A stretch of 63,731 bases of DNA, counting the filler, from Octopus bimaculoides (Eukaryota), in assembly GCF_001194135.2 (NCBI RefSeq). It is 5 parts of 4 records of this genome, joined end to end, with 100 filler letters (N's around TTAATTAATTAA, not from the genome) between each part and the next. Parts side by side here need not be neighbours in the genome. Positions count along the whole stretch, not along the records: positions 1 to 27,193 come from NC_068991.1; positions 27,294 to 40,340 come from NC_069000.1; 3 more parts are not named here. One strand, written 5' to 3'. The notes below the pieces were generated by a model. That model did no database searches. It was not told the DNA's origin and saw only the letters and a list, made by a program, of their open reading frames with translations. Below are positions 25,314 through 36,420 of this stretch, one piece after another; within the stretch, counting starts at the first letter, position 1, and each line of letters begins with the position of its first letter. The position numbers and the translations under genes are program-made.

Positions 25314-25653
25314 TTGGGTAAGTGTCTTCTACTATAGCCTCGGGCCGACCAAAGCCTTGTGAGTGGATTTGGTAGACGGAAACTGAAAGAAGCCTGTCGT
25401 ATATATGTATATATATATGTATGTGTGTATGTGTTTGTATGTCTGTGTTTGTTCCCCCAACATCGCTTGACAACCGATGCTGGTGTGTTTATGTCGCCGT
25501 AACTTAGCGGTTCGGCAAAAGAGACCGATAGAATAAGTACTAGGCTTCCAAAGAATAAGTCCTGGGGTCGATTTGCTCGACTAAAGGCGGTGCTCCAGCA
25601 TGGCCGCAGTCAAAAGACTGAAACAAGTAAAAGAGTAAAAGAGTAAAAGAGTA
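25314..25653 (+). mobile_element. SINE family B copy (head in gap)
   Basis: Near-identical to 22950-23294; tail (AAGAGTA)n. Confidence 0.92.
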
Positions 25654-25667
25654 TACATGCACACCCT

Positions 25668-26015
25668 AACCTAGTGGTTAGGGTTTTGTACTCGTGATTG
25701 CAAGATCGCGGTTTCAATTCCTAGACCTGGTGGTGCATTGTGTTCTTGAGCAAGAACACTTCATCTCGCATTGCTCTGCAATCACTTTGACACCTGACGC
25801 TTGGTGCACCGTGCACCTATCCAGACAATGTTGATTTGATGGAGGGAGTGTGCTAATGTGCAGCATGGGTTGGACGATTTGACTGAGGACTGGTGGACCA
25901 GGTGGCTACACCAGGCTCCAATCTGATTTGGCAGAGTTTCTACAGCTGGATGCCCTTCCTATAAAGAAATCACTTGTGAAGGTTATTCAGCAAGTTGAAT
26001 GCTCATACATCATCT
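25668..26015 (+). mobile_element. SINE family F copy carrying an RTE-derived patch at 25862-25960
   Basis: Aligns with 16475-16725 on both sides of the patch. Confidence 0.75.
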
Positions 26016-26466
26016 TCAATGAGAGAATCCATCATGTATATTATTCTTAAAGAAAAATGTTGTTGACAGTGACTTCGAAATTTAGGCCAGTTAAGCCATC
26101 ACTGGATAATGGCTTAGCTGACTGAAACTTTGAAGTCACTGTTGTTTAAGAATAATAAATTTGTACTCTACAAAGTATAGAGTAACCTACTAGAGTAATG
26201 TAAAATTAAAGATTTTCTAACTAGCTGCTTTGCTTGTTTTTATTACAACTGAACATAAAACAAACATTAATGTAACTACACACACACTGTTGGTGATTCC
26301 TTTTCTTTCTTTGGATTCCCCCCACTTCTCCTTTCCGACAAAGAACTATGCTTGAAATGCCAAAACTTGTCTCTTTTTATTGAGCAGCAAACTAATGCAT
26401 GTCCTCTCGTTCTCTGTAAAATTTATGATTCGACTATTTGAATTGTTTGTTTATTTGAATTGATTT

Positions 26467-26497
<31 letters not shown>

Positions 26498-26867
26498 ATA
26501 CATACATACATATATACACACACATATATATATATATATANNNNNNNNNNNNNNNNNNNNNNNNNNNNNNNNNNNNNNNNNNNNNNNNNNNNNNNNNNNN
26601 NNNNNNNNNNNNNNNNNNNNNNNNNNNNNNNNNNNNNNNNNNNNNNNNNNNNNNNNNNNNNNNNNNNNATATGTATGTATGTATTTATGTACATAGATAT
26701 ATATTGATATTTCAGTTATTGATATTTTGCTTAGGCATTGCGATACTAATAACCTGCTGTTAGAACTCAATATACTTATGCTTCAGTATGAAGTGTCAGT
26801 CAAGTACAGAACAGTAATAAGAAATTAGGATGACAAAGGAGTAAATAATTATGTTATGAATTTCAGT

Positions 26868-26944
26868 AGCTTACAGCTGTTTCTGCTAGAAGATGCAATG
26901 CACTCATAGTTGAATGCTTGAGTATCTATAGCTTCATCAGAGCT
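26868..26944 (-). ncRNA. Candidate type I minimal hammerhead ribozyme motif
   Basis: Minus strand: AGCT-CUGAUGA-a-GCUA...UAGC-a-GAAA-CAGCUG-UA-AGCU. Conserved core boxes, palindromic stem III, GUA cleavage triplet and a 4-bp stem I; the 10.1/11.1 pair is an A-A mismatch. Confidence 0.6.
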
Positions 26945-27193
26945 TCAAACATATATATATATATACACACACACACTCACACACATATATATGCTCCCCA
27001 TCCACCCACATACTCCACCCCACATATCTTTTATCTTTTACTTGCTTCAATCTTAGACTGCTGCCATGCTGGGGCAGTGCATTGAAGAACTGTAAGTCAA
27101 GTGAATCATTAAGTTATGGGCGATGTAAACACACCAACACCAGTTGTCAATTGGTGGAGAGAGAGACAAAGACACACACATTCATATATATAT

Positions 27194-27293
27194 NNNNNNN
27201 NNNNNNNNNNNNNNNNNNNNNNNNNNNNNNNNNNNNNTTAATTAATTAANNNNNNNNNNNNNNNNNNNNNNNNNNNNNNNNNNNNNNNNNNNN
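27194..27293. other. Artificial 100-bp assembly spacer N44-TTAATTAATTAA-N44
   Basis: Identical layout at four sites; the 12-mer gives stop codons in all six frames. Confidence 0.95.
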
Positions 27294-27359
27294 CTCTCTC
27301 CCTCTCTCTTTCTCCCCCTTCTCTCTCTCTCTCTCCCCCTCTCTCTCTCTCCAACTGAG

Positions 27360-27705
27360 GAAGCCTTCTGTCTCCTCTACTGCTAGACACCTATTTCTCT
27401 CCCTTTATTCCTCCTCTAACTTCTTATCATGTGGGGCACACAGCCACCTCCTTCAATGCCACTCTCCCCTCCATTCAAGGGATCTTGTCTCACAAGGTAC
27501 TTGGTGACCTCACTATTGCTGGTGCCATGTAAGAAGCATCCAGTACACTCTGTAAAACAGCTGGCATCAAGAAGGGTACCCGGTGGTAGAACCCTTGTCA
27601 AAGCAGTCAGTAGAGCTTGGCACAGAGTCTTCGAACTTACCAGCACTTGTCAAACTGTTCAACCCATGCCAGCATTTTAGGAGGACGTTAAATGATGATG
27701 ATGGT
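27360..27705 (+). mobile_element. Older RTE-associated 3' UTR with (GAT)n tail
   Basis: ...aacccatgccagcat...ggacgttaaatgatgatgatg, the same 3' terminus as the young family in forward orientation. Confidence 0.75.
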
Positions 27706-27941
27706 GATGTTGAGGATTATATATATATATATATGTATATATTCTTCATTTTCTCTGATATTGTTTCTTCTGTCTTTTGGAAGCCTTTCAAGTCAAAAAT
27801 TGCTGGAGGTATTTATCATAACAGCAGTCAAATTATGTGTGTGTGTGTGTACGTATATATATATATGTGTGTGTATATGTATGTGTATATATATATGTAT
27901 GTATATATAAATATGTATGTGTGTGTATATGTGTGTATATG

Positions 27942-27992
<51 letters not shown>

Positions 27993-27998
27993 TTGTAC

Positions 27999-28047
<49 letters not shown>

Positions 28048-28294
28048 AATACATACTCTCATATGCACACCCACGCATACACATATATGTACATATGTGT
28101 ATATTATCTATATTAAACTGTAATTGATGCTATCAGTGACATAGGTGTTTGCAGGTTATGGCCACCGGCAGACCTTGTAATGCTGTTTACTAACTAGAAA
28201 CACCATAGTATGATATATTAGGTTTTAACATTATTTATCTTTGATTCTATCTCTGTCAGTGTTTCATGGATATGATTTTGGGTAAACTCTTTAT

Positions 28295-28815
28295 AATCAT
28301 CATCATCATAATTTAATATCCGTTTTCCATACTGGTATGGGCTGGATTTTTTGATAGGAGCTAGCTAGCTGAAGAGCTGCCTGGGTTCCAGGTCCATTTT
28401 GGTTTGGCTTCTACGGCTGGACACCCTTTCTAATGCCAACCACTTTACAGAGTGTACTGGGTGCTTTTTCACAGCATCAGTATGAGTGCCTTCTCGTGAC
28501 CCCGACACAGATGCTTTTTATGTGGCACCAGCACCCATGAGTCTACAAGATTAGTATCGCTCAGCTGATGAAGGCTGCAGGGGACATGCCTGTATGCAAG
28601 GACAACCATGATTTTACTTAACTTCTCAAGCACAGCAAACCACCGGACATTTCGGCCCTTTGTCGTCACCTCTGAGGCCCACCATCTGAAGATCTTTTCT
28701 CACCACTTCATCCCACGATATCCTGAGTCTACCCCTTACACACATTACCTCCACAATTAGAGATCGGCACTTTTTGATGCAGCTGTTTTCATCCATGTGC
28801 AAGCTGTCTTGATCC
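28295..28815 (-). mobile_element. 5'-truncated RTE element (ORF C-terminus plus 3' UTR)
   Basis: MDENSCIKKCRSLIVEVMCVRGRLRISWDEVVRKDLQ matches the RTE R.RGRP..TW...V..DL motif; (GAT)n tail near 28300. Confidence 0.85.
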
Positions 28816-28823
28816 ATATAAAC

Positions 28824-28901
28824 CTCTCTAGTTCACTAAAATGCCCTGTGGTCATGCTGTAAGTCGGTTGGTCATAGAAAAAGCATCTGGGGATAAAGAT
28901 C
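28824..28901 (-). CDS. Candidate 78-nt minus-strand exon of unknown affiliation
   Basis: Strong acceptor (ttattttgtttttctctttctttctgcAG), weak donor (AG/GTttat). Only one frame is open throughout: IFIPRCFFYDQPTYSMTTGHFSELE. No recognised homology. Confidence 0.3.
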
Positions 28902-28950
28902 CTGCAGAAAGAAAGAGAAAAACAAAATAAGTTTACTCATACAATAGGTG

Positions 28951-29137
28951 CGGTATTTTGTCTGGCGCTACGTTCTGAGTTCAAATTCCGCCGAGGTCGA
29001 CTTTGCCTTTCATCCTTTCAAGGTCGATTAAATAAGTACCAGTTACGCATTGGGCTCAATATAATCGACTTAATCCGTTTGTCTGTCCTTGTTTGTCCCC
29101 TCTGTGTATAGCCGCTTGTGGGCAGTAAAGAAATAAG
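28951..29137 (+). mobile_element. SINE family C copy (subtype with gtttgtcccctct...gtgggcagtaaagaaataag tail)
   Basis: Direct alignment to the reverse complement of 30642-30869. Confidence 0.88.
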
Positions 29138-29482
29138 AAGCTTGCTTCCCAACCACATGGTTCCAGGTTCAGTCCCACTGCATGGCACCTTGGGCAAGTT
29201 TCCTCTACTCTAGCCTCAGGCCAACCAAAGCCTTGTGAGTGGATTTGGTAGACAGAAACTGAAAGCCCATTATTTATATGTATGTATGTGTATATATATA
29301 TATGTATATATTTATGTGTGTGTGTGTGTCTGTGTTCGTTTCTCAGCTATCATTTGACAACCAATGCTGGTGTGTTTACATCTTCCAAACTTAGCAGTTC
29401 AGCAAAAGAGACCAATAAAATAAGTACTAAGCTTACAAAGAATAAGTTTTGGGGTCGATTTCTTTGACTAAAACCCATTGAG
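29138..29482 (+). mobile_element. SINE family B copy, diverged
   Basis: aagcttgcttcccaaccacatggttcc...aaagccttgtgagtggatttggtag...aataagtactaagcttacaaag. Confidence 0.85.
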
Positions 29483-29858
29483 GCAAGTAAAAGAATGAAA
29501 CAATAAAAGATTACAATGACAAAGATGACTGATTTTTGTCTGCTGTTGTGTATCAAAGAATGAAAAATCGCAAGCAAGTAGTTCAAGGTTTTTTTTTGTT
29601 TTTTGGGGGGGTTTTTTTTTTTGTTTTTTATATAATTTTGTCCCAGACAAAGTTTCAGGTCACTATAGCAATATTTAGGAGCCATTATTTATCTCCTTCC
29701 TTGATCCACCATTCCAAAAATGTTTATAAACCCATGTTTTGAGTTCTGTTTTCTGTTTGTATCACTGAACCTAGGTCTTCTTAAAAATACAAATTTAATG
29801 GCTTTCTTTGTCGGTTGGTGGAAATCATATCTTGGATTTCTTGTTTTAACTTTTCTAG

Positions 29859-30029
29859 AATGTTTTGCCTATACTGAAATGGGTCAGAGGGGACCAATTC
29901 ACTTCCAGTCATTGGGTAGAGATAAACACATTGCTTCAATTACCACCAAACACCAAACCAGAAAAACTTACTTTTGGCATGGTTCTTGGTTCCAGTGAAA
30001 ACATCATCAAAAATGTAGACACATTAAAA
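29859..30029 (+). CDS. DYNC2H1: Cytoplasmic dynein 2 heavy chain 1 exon (tail/linker, DHC_N2 region)
   Basis: Acceptor ttttctAG, donor AAA/GTgagt; 171 nt, phase 0-0. NVLPILKWVRGDQFTSSHWVEINTLLQLPPNTKPEKLTFGMVLGSSENIIKNVDTLK matches the DYNC2H1 segment I recall from human, IVIPILKYVRGEHLSPDHWLDLFRLLGLPRGTSLEKLLFGDLL. Confidence 0.9.
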
Positions 30030-30641
30030 GTGAGTATTGTTGTCTGTTTTTATAATCAAATCTGTTTTGTTTTCATTATATTGTTTCTCCTACATTTTCA
30101 TGTATGTGGACCCTGGAATGTAGATGTTCACTTTAGGTAAGTGAGAGTATATAGCTGCAACCTGGGTATGTATGCCTTTAAACTGCTCCCTGTTGTGGGC
30201 CTCTGGTTTGGGTATTCCAGAGTTTTGAGGAGATTGGAACCACTTCTTAGCTATTATTGTTCCCAGAGCTGAGCCAGAGTTATAGCCTCTATGAAGGCCC
30301 CAGCTATAGAAAAAGCCTCCAGATAAAGGTCATCGTCACAAACAGCCCCAATGAACCCAGGGCAGATAAGGCTCTTCAGCTCTTGTGTTATTCAGCTAAA
30401 AGAAGATAACTGTTCAAATCCTGCATCCTGACAATTGGGTTTGTGGCACTTGGGTCACTTGTTGCATCAGACCGAAAAAAGTTTGAAGTTTCATGCATTG
30501 GCACTTAACTTTCAACAGATTTTCTGTGACCAGATTCCCTTTCTATCACCAACTCTAAATTCTTTCCAAGCAGGGATTGTTAATTTGTAGTGTAAATGAT
30601 TGAGTATTTACAGATACTTGTAAAAGATATCTAAAAAATAT

Positions 30642-30869
30642 CTATTTCTTTACTGCCCACAGGGGGCTAAACATAGAGGGGACAAACAAGGACAGGCAAT
30701 GAGATTAAGTTGATTACATCAACCCCAGTGCGTATCTGGTACTTATTTAATCGACCCTGAAAAGATGAAAGGCAAAGTTGACCTTGGCAGAATTTGAACT
30801 CAGAACATAACGGCAGACGAAATACCGCTAAGCATTTCACCTGGCATGCTAACAATTCTGCCAGCTCAC
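30642..30869 (-). mobile_element. SINE family C copy, same subtype as 28951
   Basis: Reverse complement shares both core and tail with 28951-29137. Confidence 0.88.
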
Positions 30870-31359
30870 TGTCCTGTACTCTAAAAAATATCCTCAGTTT
30901 CTCACTATGTTTGACAAGACTGAGACATTGAATTACTGGTATGGTCCATTGTGTGTGTTTCTGAACACTTTTTTATTTCTGCTGCTCAATTTTACTCACA
31001 AACGCTCAGGTCAAACTGAAGCAATGACAAAAGATGCCTAAAGTGCTAATGGGATTGAACACAGAGTCTTGCGGTTGCAAGATGAACTTCTTAACCATTT
31101 ACCTATAATCTCATAGAAACTTATTGGTTACATGGCCATGTGGCCATATGAAGTTGTTAGCTGTACAACCATACATCAATATTGATATGCTGAAAACATA
31201 CACTAATATTTTTACAGTAAAACTGTTATATGTAAAAATATTTGTCAGATGAAAACAATTTTGTACTTTCATTGTCATATATATAGATATAGAAAGGAAA
31301 TATTTACCTCGTATGTTATATATGTAGAACATTTTCAACCCTATTTCTATTTTTCATAG

Positions 31360-31518
31360 GAATTGAACCGCCGTGCCCAAGGAGAAATTATCATTCGCGA
31401 TGCCATACGAGAAATTGAAATGTGGGGTGTTGGAGCTGCGTTCTCTTTGACTGACTATGAGGACACCAACAAACAGACAGTGAAGTTAATTAAGGGCTGG
31501 AAAGATATTTTCAACGAG
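31360..31518 (+). CDS. DYNC2H1: Next cytoplasmic dynein 2 heavy chain 1 exon
   Basis: Acceptor ttttcatAG, donor GAG/GTaaga; 159 nt, phase 0-0. ELNRRAQGEIIIRDAIREIEMWGVGAAFSLTDYEDTNKQTVKLIKGWKDIFNE matches the recalled DYNC2H1 segment DLNSRAQGEVTIREALRELDLWGVGAVFTLIDYED...LIKDWKDIVNQ and continues directly from the previous exon. Confidence 0.93.
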
Positions 31519-31624
31519 GTAAGAGTAATGAAGAAGACAAATTGTCCTGGTTTTGAACTGATTAGATTACACTATCTTTATTTTGTTATGACGAAAAGTA
31601 TAAGTTATAAAAAAACAATTTGAA

Positions 31625-32040
31625 TCATCATCATCATCATCATCATCATAATCATCGTCATCATCATCATTTAACAGCCAGGTAGAAAATCTACCCAAGG
31701 CTACTGTGTCTGTTTTGGCAGGGATTTTATGTCTGGATACCCTTCCTAACACCAACCACTCTGCAGAGAGGACTTAGTGCTTTTTACGTGACACAGGTAC
31801 AGGCAAGGTTAGTTTTGGCATGATTTTTACAACTGGATGCCCTTCCAAATGCCAACCACGTTACAGTGTGGCCTAGGTGCTTTTAATGTGGCACCAGCAC
31901 TGGCAGGGTAACCAAGTAACTCGCAAGACAAAGAATTACGAGAAGTGCGTGGGCATTTGAGAAGGGGAACTTGTGTCAGAGGATGAAAAGTTAGAATATT
32001 ACAAAGAGACAGAGGGTCAGAAGCAGGTGTCTTGCCACAA
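31625..32040 (-). mobile_element. Older RTE-associated 3' UTR with (GAT)n tail
   Basis: (CAT)n followed by ggatacccttcctaacaccaaccac and ctggatgcccttccaaatgccaaccac. Confidence 0.7.
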
Positions 32041-32164
32041 CAGAGGAGGAGGAGGAGGGGGAGGAGGAGACGCAGTATGTTTTTACTATATAACAACCTA
32101 AGTGTATATTCATAGCGAAAAGCTTCTTGAAAGAATTACCTCCCTTATTCATGATGTTCATATA

Positions 32165-32382
32165 CGAGGGGGTGCTGAAAAGTTCCTGGCTTTGGGAAAA
32201 AGAAAATACAGGAGGATCAGTTAATTATAATTTTATTCAGCATATTCCCCTCTCAGATTCACACACTTATTGCAGTAGTCCTTCAGTTTTTGTAAGCCCT
32301 GTAAAAGAACTCGGGAGGTTGGGCCTCCAACTAGGCCTTTCACGATACCCTTAAAGCCAAGAACTTTTCAGCACCCACCACA
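32165..32382. mobile_element. Tc1/mariner-type MITE, ~218 bp
   Basis: TA-flanked TIRs cgagggggtgctgaaaagttcctggcttt and aaagccaagaacttttcagcaccc; a decayed second copy lies at 53505-53640. Confidence 0.85.
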
Positions 32383-33057
32383 TAACTAAGGTGACCAAAC
32401 CATGGCTTGCAAGCCACATGCGGTTCTCTGACTGTTAATATATATAGCTCTTGGAAATTTGTTAGCTGAGTTCTTTTTTATTACAGATAATTTAAGAAAA
32501 TAATTTAAGCTTTATAAATTATTTATTGGATATCAATTTATACAAGCCTTGTAGTACTGCAGGAACAGCCTTTCTTTCATTTGCAGGAAGGGCAACAGCA
32601 TTCCCCAACTATTTCAAATAAACTCATATATAACATTGTAATGTATTTTTAAAATTTAATTTTAATTTACTTTTAGGTTTTTTTTTGTACACTGACTTTC
32701 TTAATATATTTCCCATTCAAATTCTAACCATGTAATAGATATATGTGTTTATGGATATACACATATATCTATGTGCTGGTGTCATGTCAGTGCTGGTTTC
32801 ACATTGGGGCTAGTGCCATGCCGGAGCTGGTGCCACATAAAAAGCACTCCATCCGGTATTAGGAAGGGCATCCAGCCATAAAAACCCTGCCAAAACAGGC
32901 AGTGAAGCCTGGGGCAGCCTTCTATCTAGCCAACCCCTGTCAAACTGCCCAACCCATGTCAGCATGTAAAGCAGATGTTAAATGATAAAGATGGATATGT
33001 AGTTAGCTTGTAGAATATTATTTCCATCACTCTCTTTTGAAATATGCTACAGCGTGT

Positions 33058-33098
<41 letters not shown>

Positions 33099-33643
33099 AG
33101 AAGTGACAACAAATAGGAAAATTTATTTGCTGTCTCTGGTTTTTTTATCTTTCACTTTTTGCCACATTTTGCTTTTCGCTTTTCGCTATGGCCATTGTTG
33201 CATTATCTGCTTAGAACAATATTGATATAACTATTAACTCAATAATTTATATTATTTTACTTGATAATGGATCTCCCACCATTAATAGAATATTGAATAA
33301 CAGACTAACAGAAACAGTTCTAAAAGATAATACTAGATCTGAGTGAGGTGTTGTTCTTTAGTGCTGAGAGTAGGAATGGTAGAAGGCAGAGGGATTAGAG
33401 AATTTTAAGGTAAGCAAGGGTTACAGAAGAATACCAGAAGACTGATATCATGGATAAGGCTGATGTGCAATGGATAGAGGATGAGACTGGTTACAGACAG
33501 ATTTATTAGTCTAGCCTCAAGTGTATTTCTGTCGTCGTACATTAATGTAATTTAATATAAGCCATACTACCATTCATACCTAGTTGACAGATTTTGGATA
33601 CAGGTTTTGTTTACAAGTATCTGTTAAAAAATTGTGAAGGAAG

Positions 33644-35790
33644 ATGACATCATCAGCTTGTAAGAAACAAAGATATGAAGATGACGACAGAAACATTAAG
33701 CTAGAGTGGCATGAAGGTCTTGTATTCATTGATAAAGAAGGTAAAGCTTTGTGCCTTGTTTGCCATATTTCACTTAGTCATTACAAAGCCAGCAACTTAA
33801 AATGCCATAAGGAAATGAATTACAGAAACTTCTCATCTGATTATCCACCTAAATCAGAATTAAGGAAGAACAAGTTGACAGTGTTAAAAACATTACTAAG
33901 GGGCCAGCAGACATTGTTGACAATGTTCAGCAAAGAAGCCAGTACAATGACTGAAACCAACTTTGTTATAACATGGAATATTGCTCTTGCTAAACACCCA
34001 TATTTTGATGGTGAATTTCTTAAAAAGAATATTGCTGCTGTTGTTGCAATGTTAGATCCAAGTAACACAAAACCTGAGTGACCAATAACTCAGACACCAG
34101 TTCCATGCGACACTACAGAGAGGCGTTTCTTTCAGATCAGTACTGATGTTGCCAGCAAAATCCAAAATGATTTTTTTAAATGTCCTTGTATTCAAAATCA
34201 ACTGACACACAAGACAACCCACAATTAGCATTATTTGCTTGTTATGTTTCTTCTGAGTTAATTGTGAAAGGAGAAATGTTGGATTTAGTGGAAGTAAAAG
34301 AAAAAACCTGTGACATTGACACAAAAATTGCATTTGATAGAGCCTCAACAAATGCTGGTGTTCCACTGAATAAACTTGTCTGTGTTGCAAGAAGGCACAT
34401 GGCTCAGTGGTTAGAATGTCGAGCTTACAATCGTGAGGTTGTGGGTTCGAATCCCGGACCGGGCTATGTGTTGTGTTCTTGAACAAGACACTTTATTTTA
34501 TGTTGCTCCAGTTCACTCAGCTGTAGAAATGAGTTGTAACATTCACTGGTGCCAAACTGTGTCGGCCTTTGCCTTTCCCTTGGATAACACTGGTGGTGTG
34601 GAGAGGGGAGGCGGGTATGCATGGGCAACTGCTGGTCTTCCATAAACAACCTTGCCTGGACTTGTGCCTGGGAGGGTGACTTTCTAGGTGCAATCCCATG
34701 ACCGAAGGAGGTCTCAGCAATTGCAAGATGGTGTTTCTGCANNNNNNNNNNNNNNNNNNNNNNNNNNNNNNNNNNNNNNNNCTCCAGAGTTTCTCCCTAT
34801 TCTCTGTTATTATCATGAACGCCTTGTAGCCAGACACTTCAAGTATGAAGACGCAGGGAAATCTGTACTTGAACTTGTGAATTTCAAATATGTGAATGGG
34901 AAGACTCACCTGCATGTCAGAAATTTTATTGAAAAACTGGAGCTGGAAAATAGACCTAGTGATGTAGCTTTACATTGCATTGTGAGGTGGCTATCAATCA
35001 GAAATGTCTTGAGTAGGTTTGTGGATCTTTTGGAGCCCATTATTACTTTTCTTAAAGAAAAGAAAAAAGATTCTTCCCTCAATTGGAAAATGATGAATGC
35101 ATGCAAGATCTGATGTTTTTTTACTGATATAACGAATCATCTACAAACTCTTGACTTGGCGCTTTAGGGGAAGGATAAGATTATTTCTGATCTTACTCGG
35201 ACAATTTTCAGCTTTCTGAGTAAAATAAAAGTTTTTCAGAGAGACATTTTGTCAAGAAATTCCAGTCACTTATCAATCTCAGAAGAATAAATCCATTCCT
35301 CGATACTGAATGTAAATGACAATGAAGAGGGAGAATACAAACATAAATGACAAGGACTGCTTGATAATTTCATCAGATGCATCTGTCTGGTAAACCCATT
35401 TGTGGTTGATGTGGTCAATGATAGCTTTCCAATTCTCAAACTTCTAGCCATAGAATCATCTACTGCAGAAGAGGAACTAATGGAATTACTGGAGGACCTG
35501 GATGGGCTTAAAGATGATTCATAAATCCTTGTCAACAATTGGGTTTTGGAAACAAGTTCCAGAAATAAAATATCCTGAATTGAAGAAAACTAATGTGTGA
35601 CACAACTTAATACTGATTTACATACTGATGTGAATCCCTGTACTCTATAATGAACTTTGAAGAATCAAAACATCCTGCAAACCTTAACAATCAACACCTG
35701 ATGAAACTAATTCATACTGCACTAACTTCATACCAGTCAGATTTTCAATGGCTGACAGTCAAGATGGAAACCTGCAAGACTTCTATTCAC
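33644..35790 (+). mobile_element. hAT transposase pseudogene (GTF2IRD2/EPM2AIP1/SPIN-like), fragmented
   Basis: BED-like ALCLVC...SNLKCH, STDTQDNPQLALF, VA-(TDG) split by a SINE, CYYHE and HCIVRWLS motifs, with frameshifts and stops. Confidence 0.9.
34393..34720 (+). mobile_element. SINE family E insertion with 8-bp TSD TTGCAAGA
   Basis: Intact A-box TGGCTCAGTGG and B-box GGTTCGAATCC; ttgcaaga at 34385-34392 and 34721-34728. Confidence 0.9.
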
Positions 35791-36213
35791 AGTAAATAGC
35801 AGCTTTAATAGACTGAAATGTGTTGCATTGTTTGCTTCTCATAAAATATTATGATAACCCTATTTTAGTAAGGTAGGAACTGATTTAGATATCTCTAATT
35901 TCATAGGTTTACCTTTTTATATATTTTCCTCCATGTTTTGATGAATTATTTACTTAGAGAAATAAATACCATAAAAATATATATTTTTTTCCTTTCACTT
36001 TATTTTTTTTAGGCTAATTTTATGTTACTGAAATGCAAATCTATATATTTTCCTTAAGTGTTTCTGCATTAAATATGCTAAAACTTTTGGTGTATATACA
36101 AAAGCTAATACAATTTAAAATTGAAAATTTAATCAACCTGAACCATCACTTGACAGTTCAGGTTATAAAACATTGAAGCTAATTTCAACATTGTACTGAA
36201 ATGAAAGTTAATT

Positions 36214-36420
36214 TTATGATGATTCAGTTAAATATTTCAATTCATTCGTATGAGCCCCAAAAGATGTCATTTGGAATAGGCAGTTGTATTGTCTGAAGTT
36301 CTTCCTGAACTCTTTTGCCCCAGGTTGATCAGTACCAAATAAATTGTGAAGTTCCTGGGGTAAGGGCTGCAGATTCCTCAGCCTGACTTTTCCATTCATA
36401 CAGCAAAAGTTAACAGTTTC
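36214..36420 (-). mobile_element. Helitron Rep/helicase N-terminal fragment
   Basis: CCMNGKVRLRNLQPLPQELHNLF...KEFRKNFRQYNCLFQMTSFGA matches the Helitron CC..GKV.L...FR.NIR.YN..FQMTSFGA signature. Confidence 0.85.

Noticed and set aside
27238-27249. TTAATTAATTAA palindrome repeated four times, superficially like a repeat array or recombination site
   Set aside because: Always centred in exactly 44+44 N, so it is a synthetic assembly linker.
33362-33408. Plus-strand segment with good acceptor and donor, as a possible next DYNC2H1 exon
   Set aside because: Stops in all three frames and no dynein similarity; the same applies to 45614-45707.
34393-34470. tRNA-like sequence with intact A and B boxes (similar heads at 8650, 37563, 59795)
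   Set aside because: It runs directly into a SINE body with a TSD and lacks a proper acceptor stem, so it is a SINE head and not a tRNA gene.
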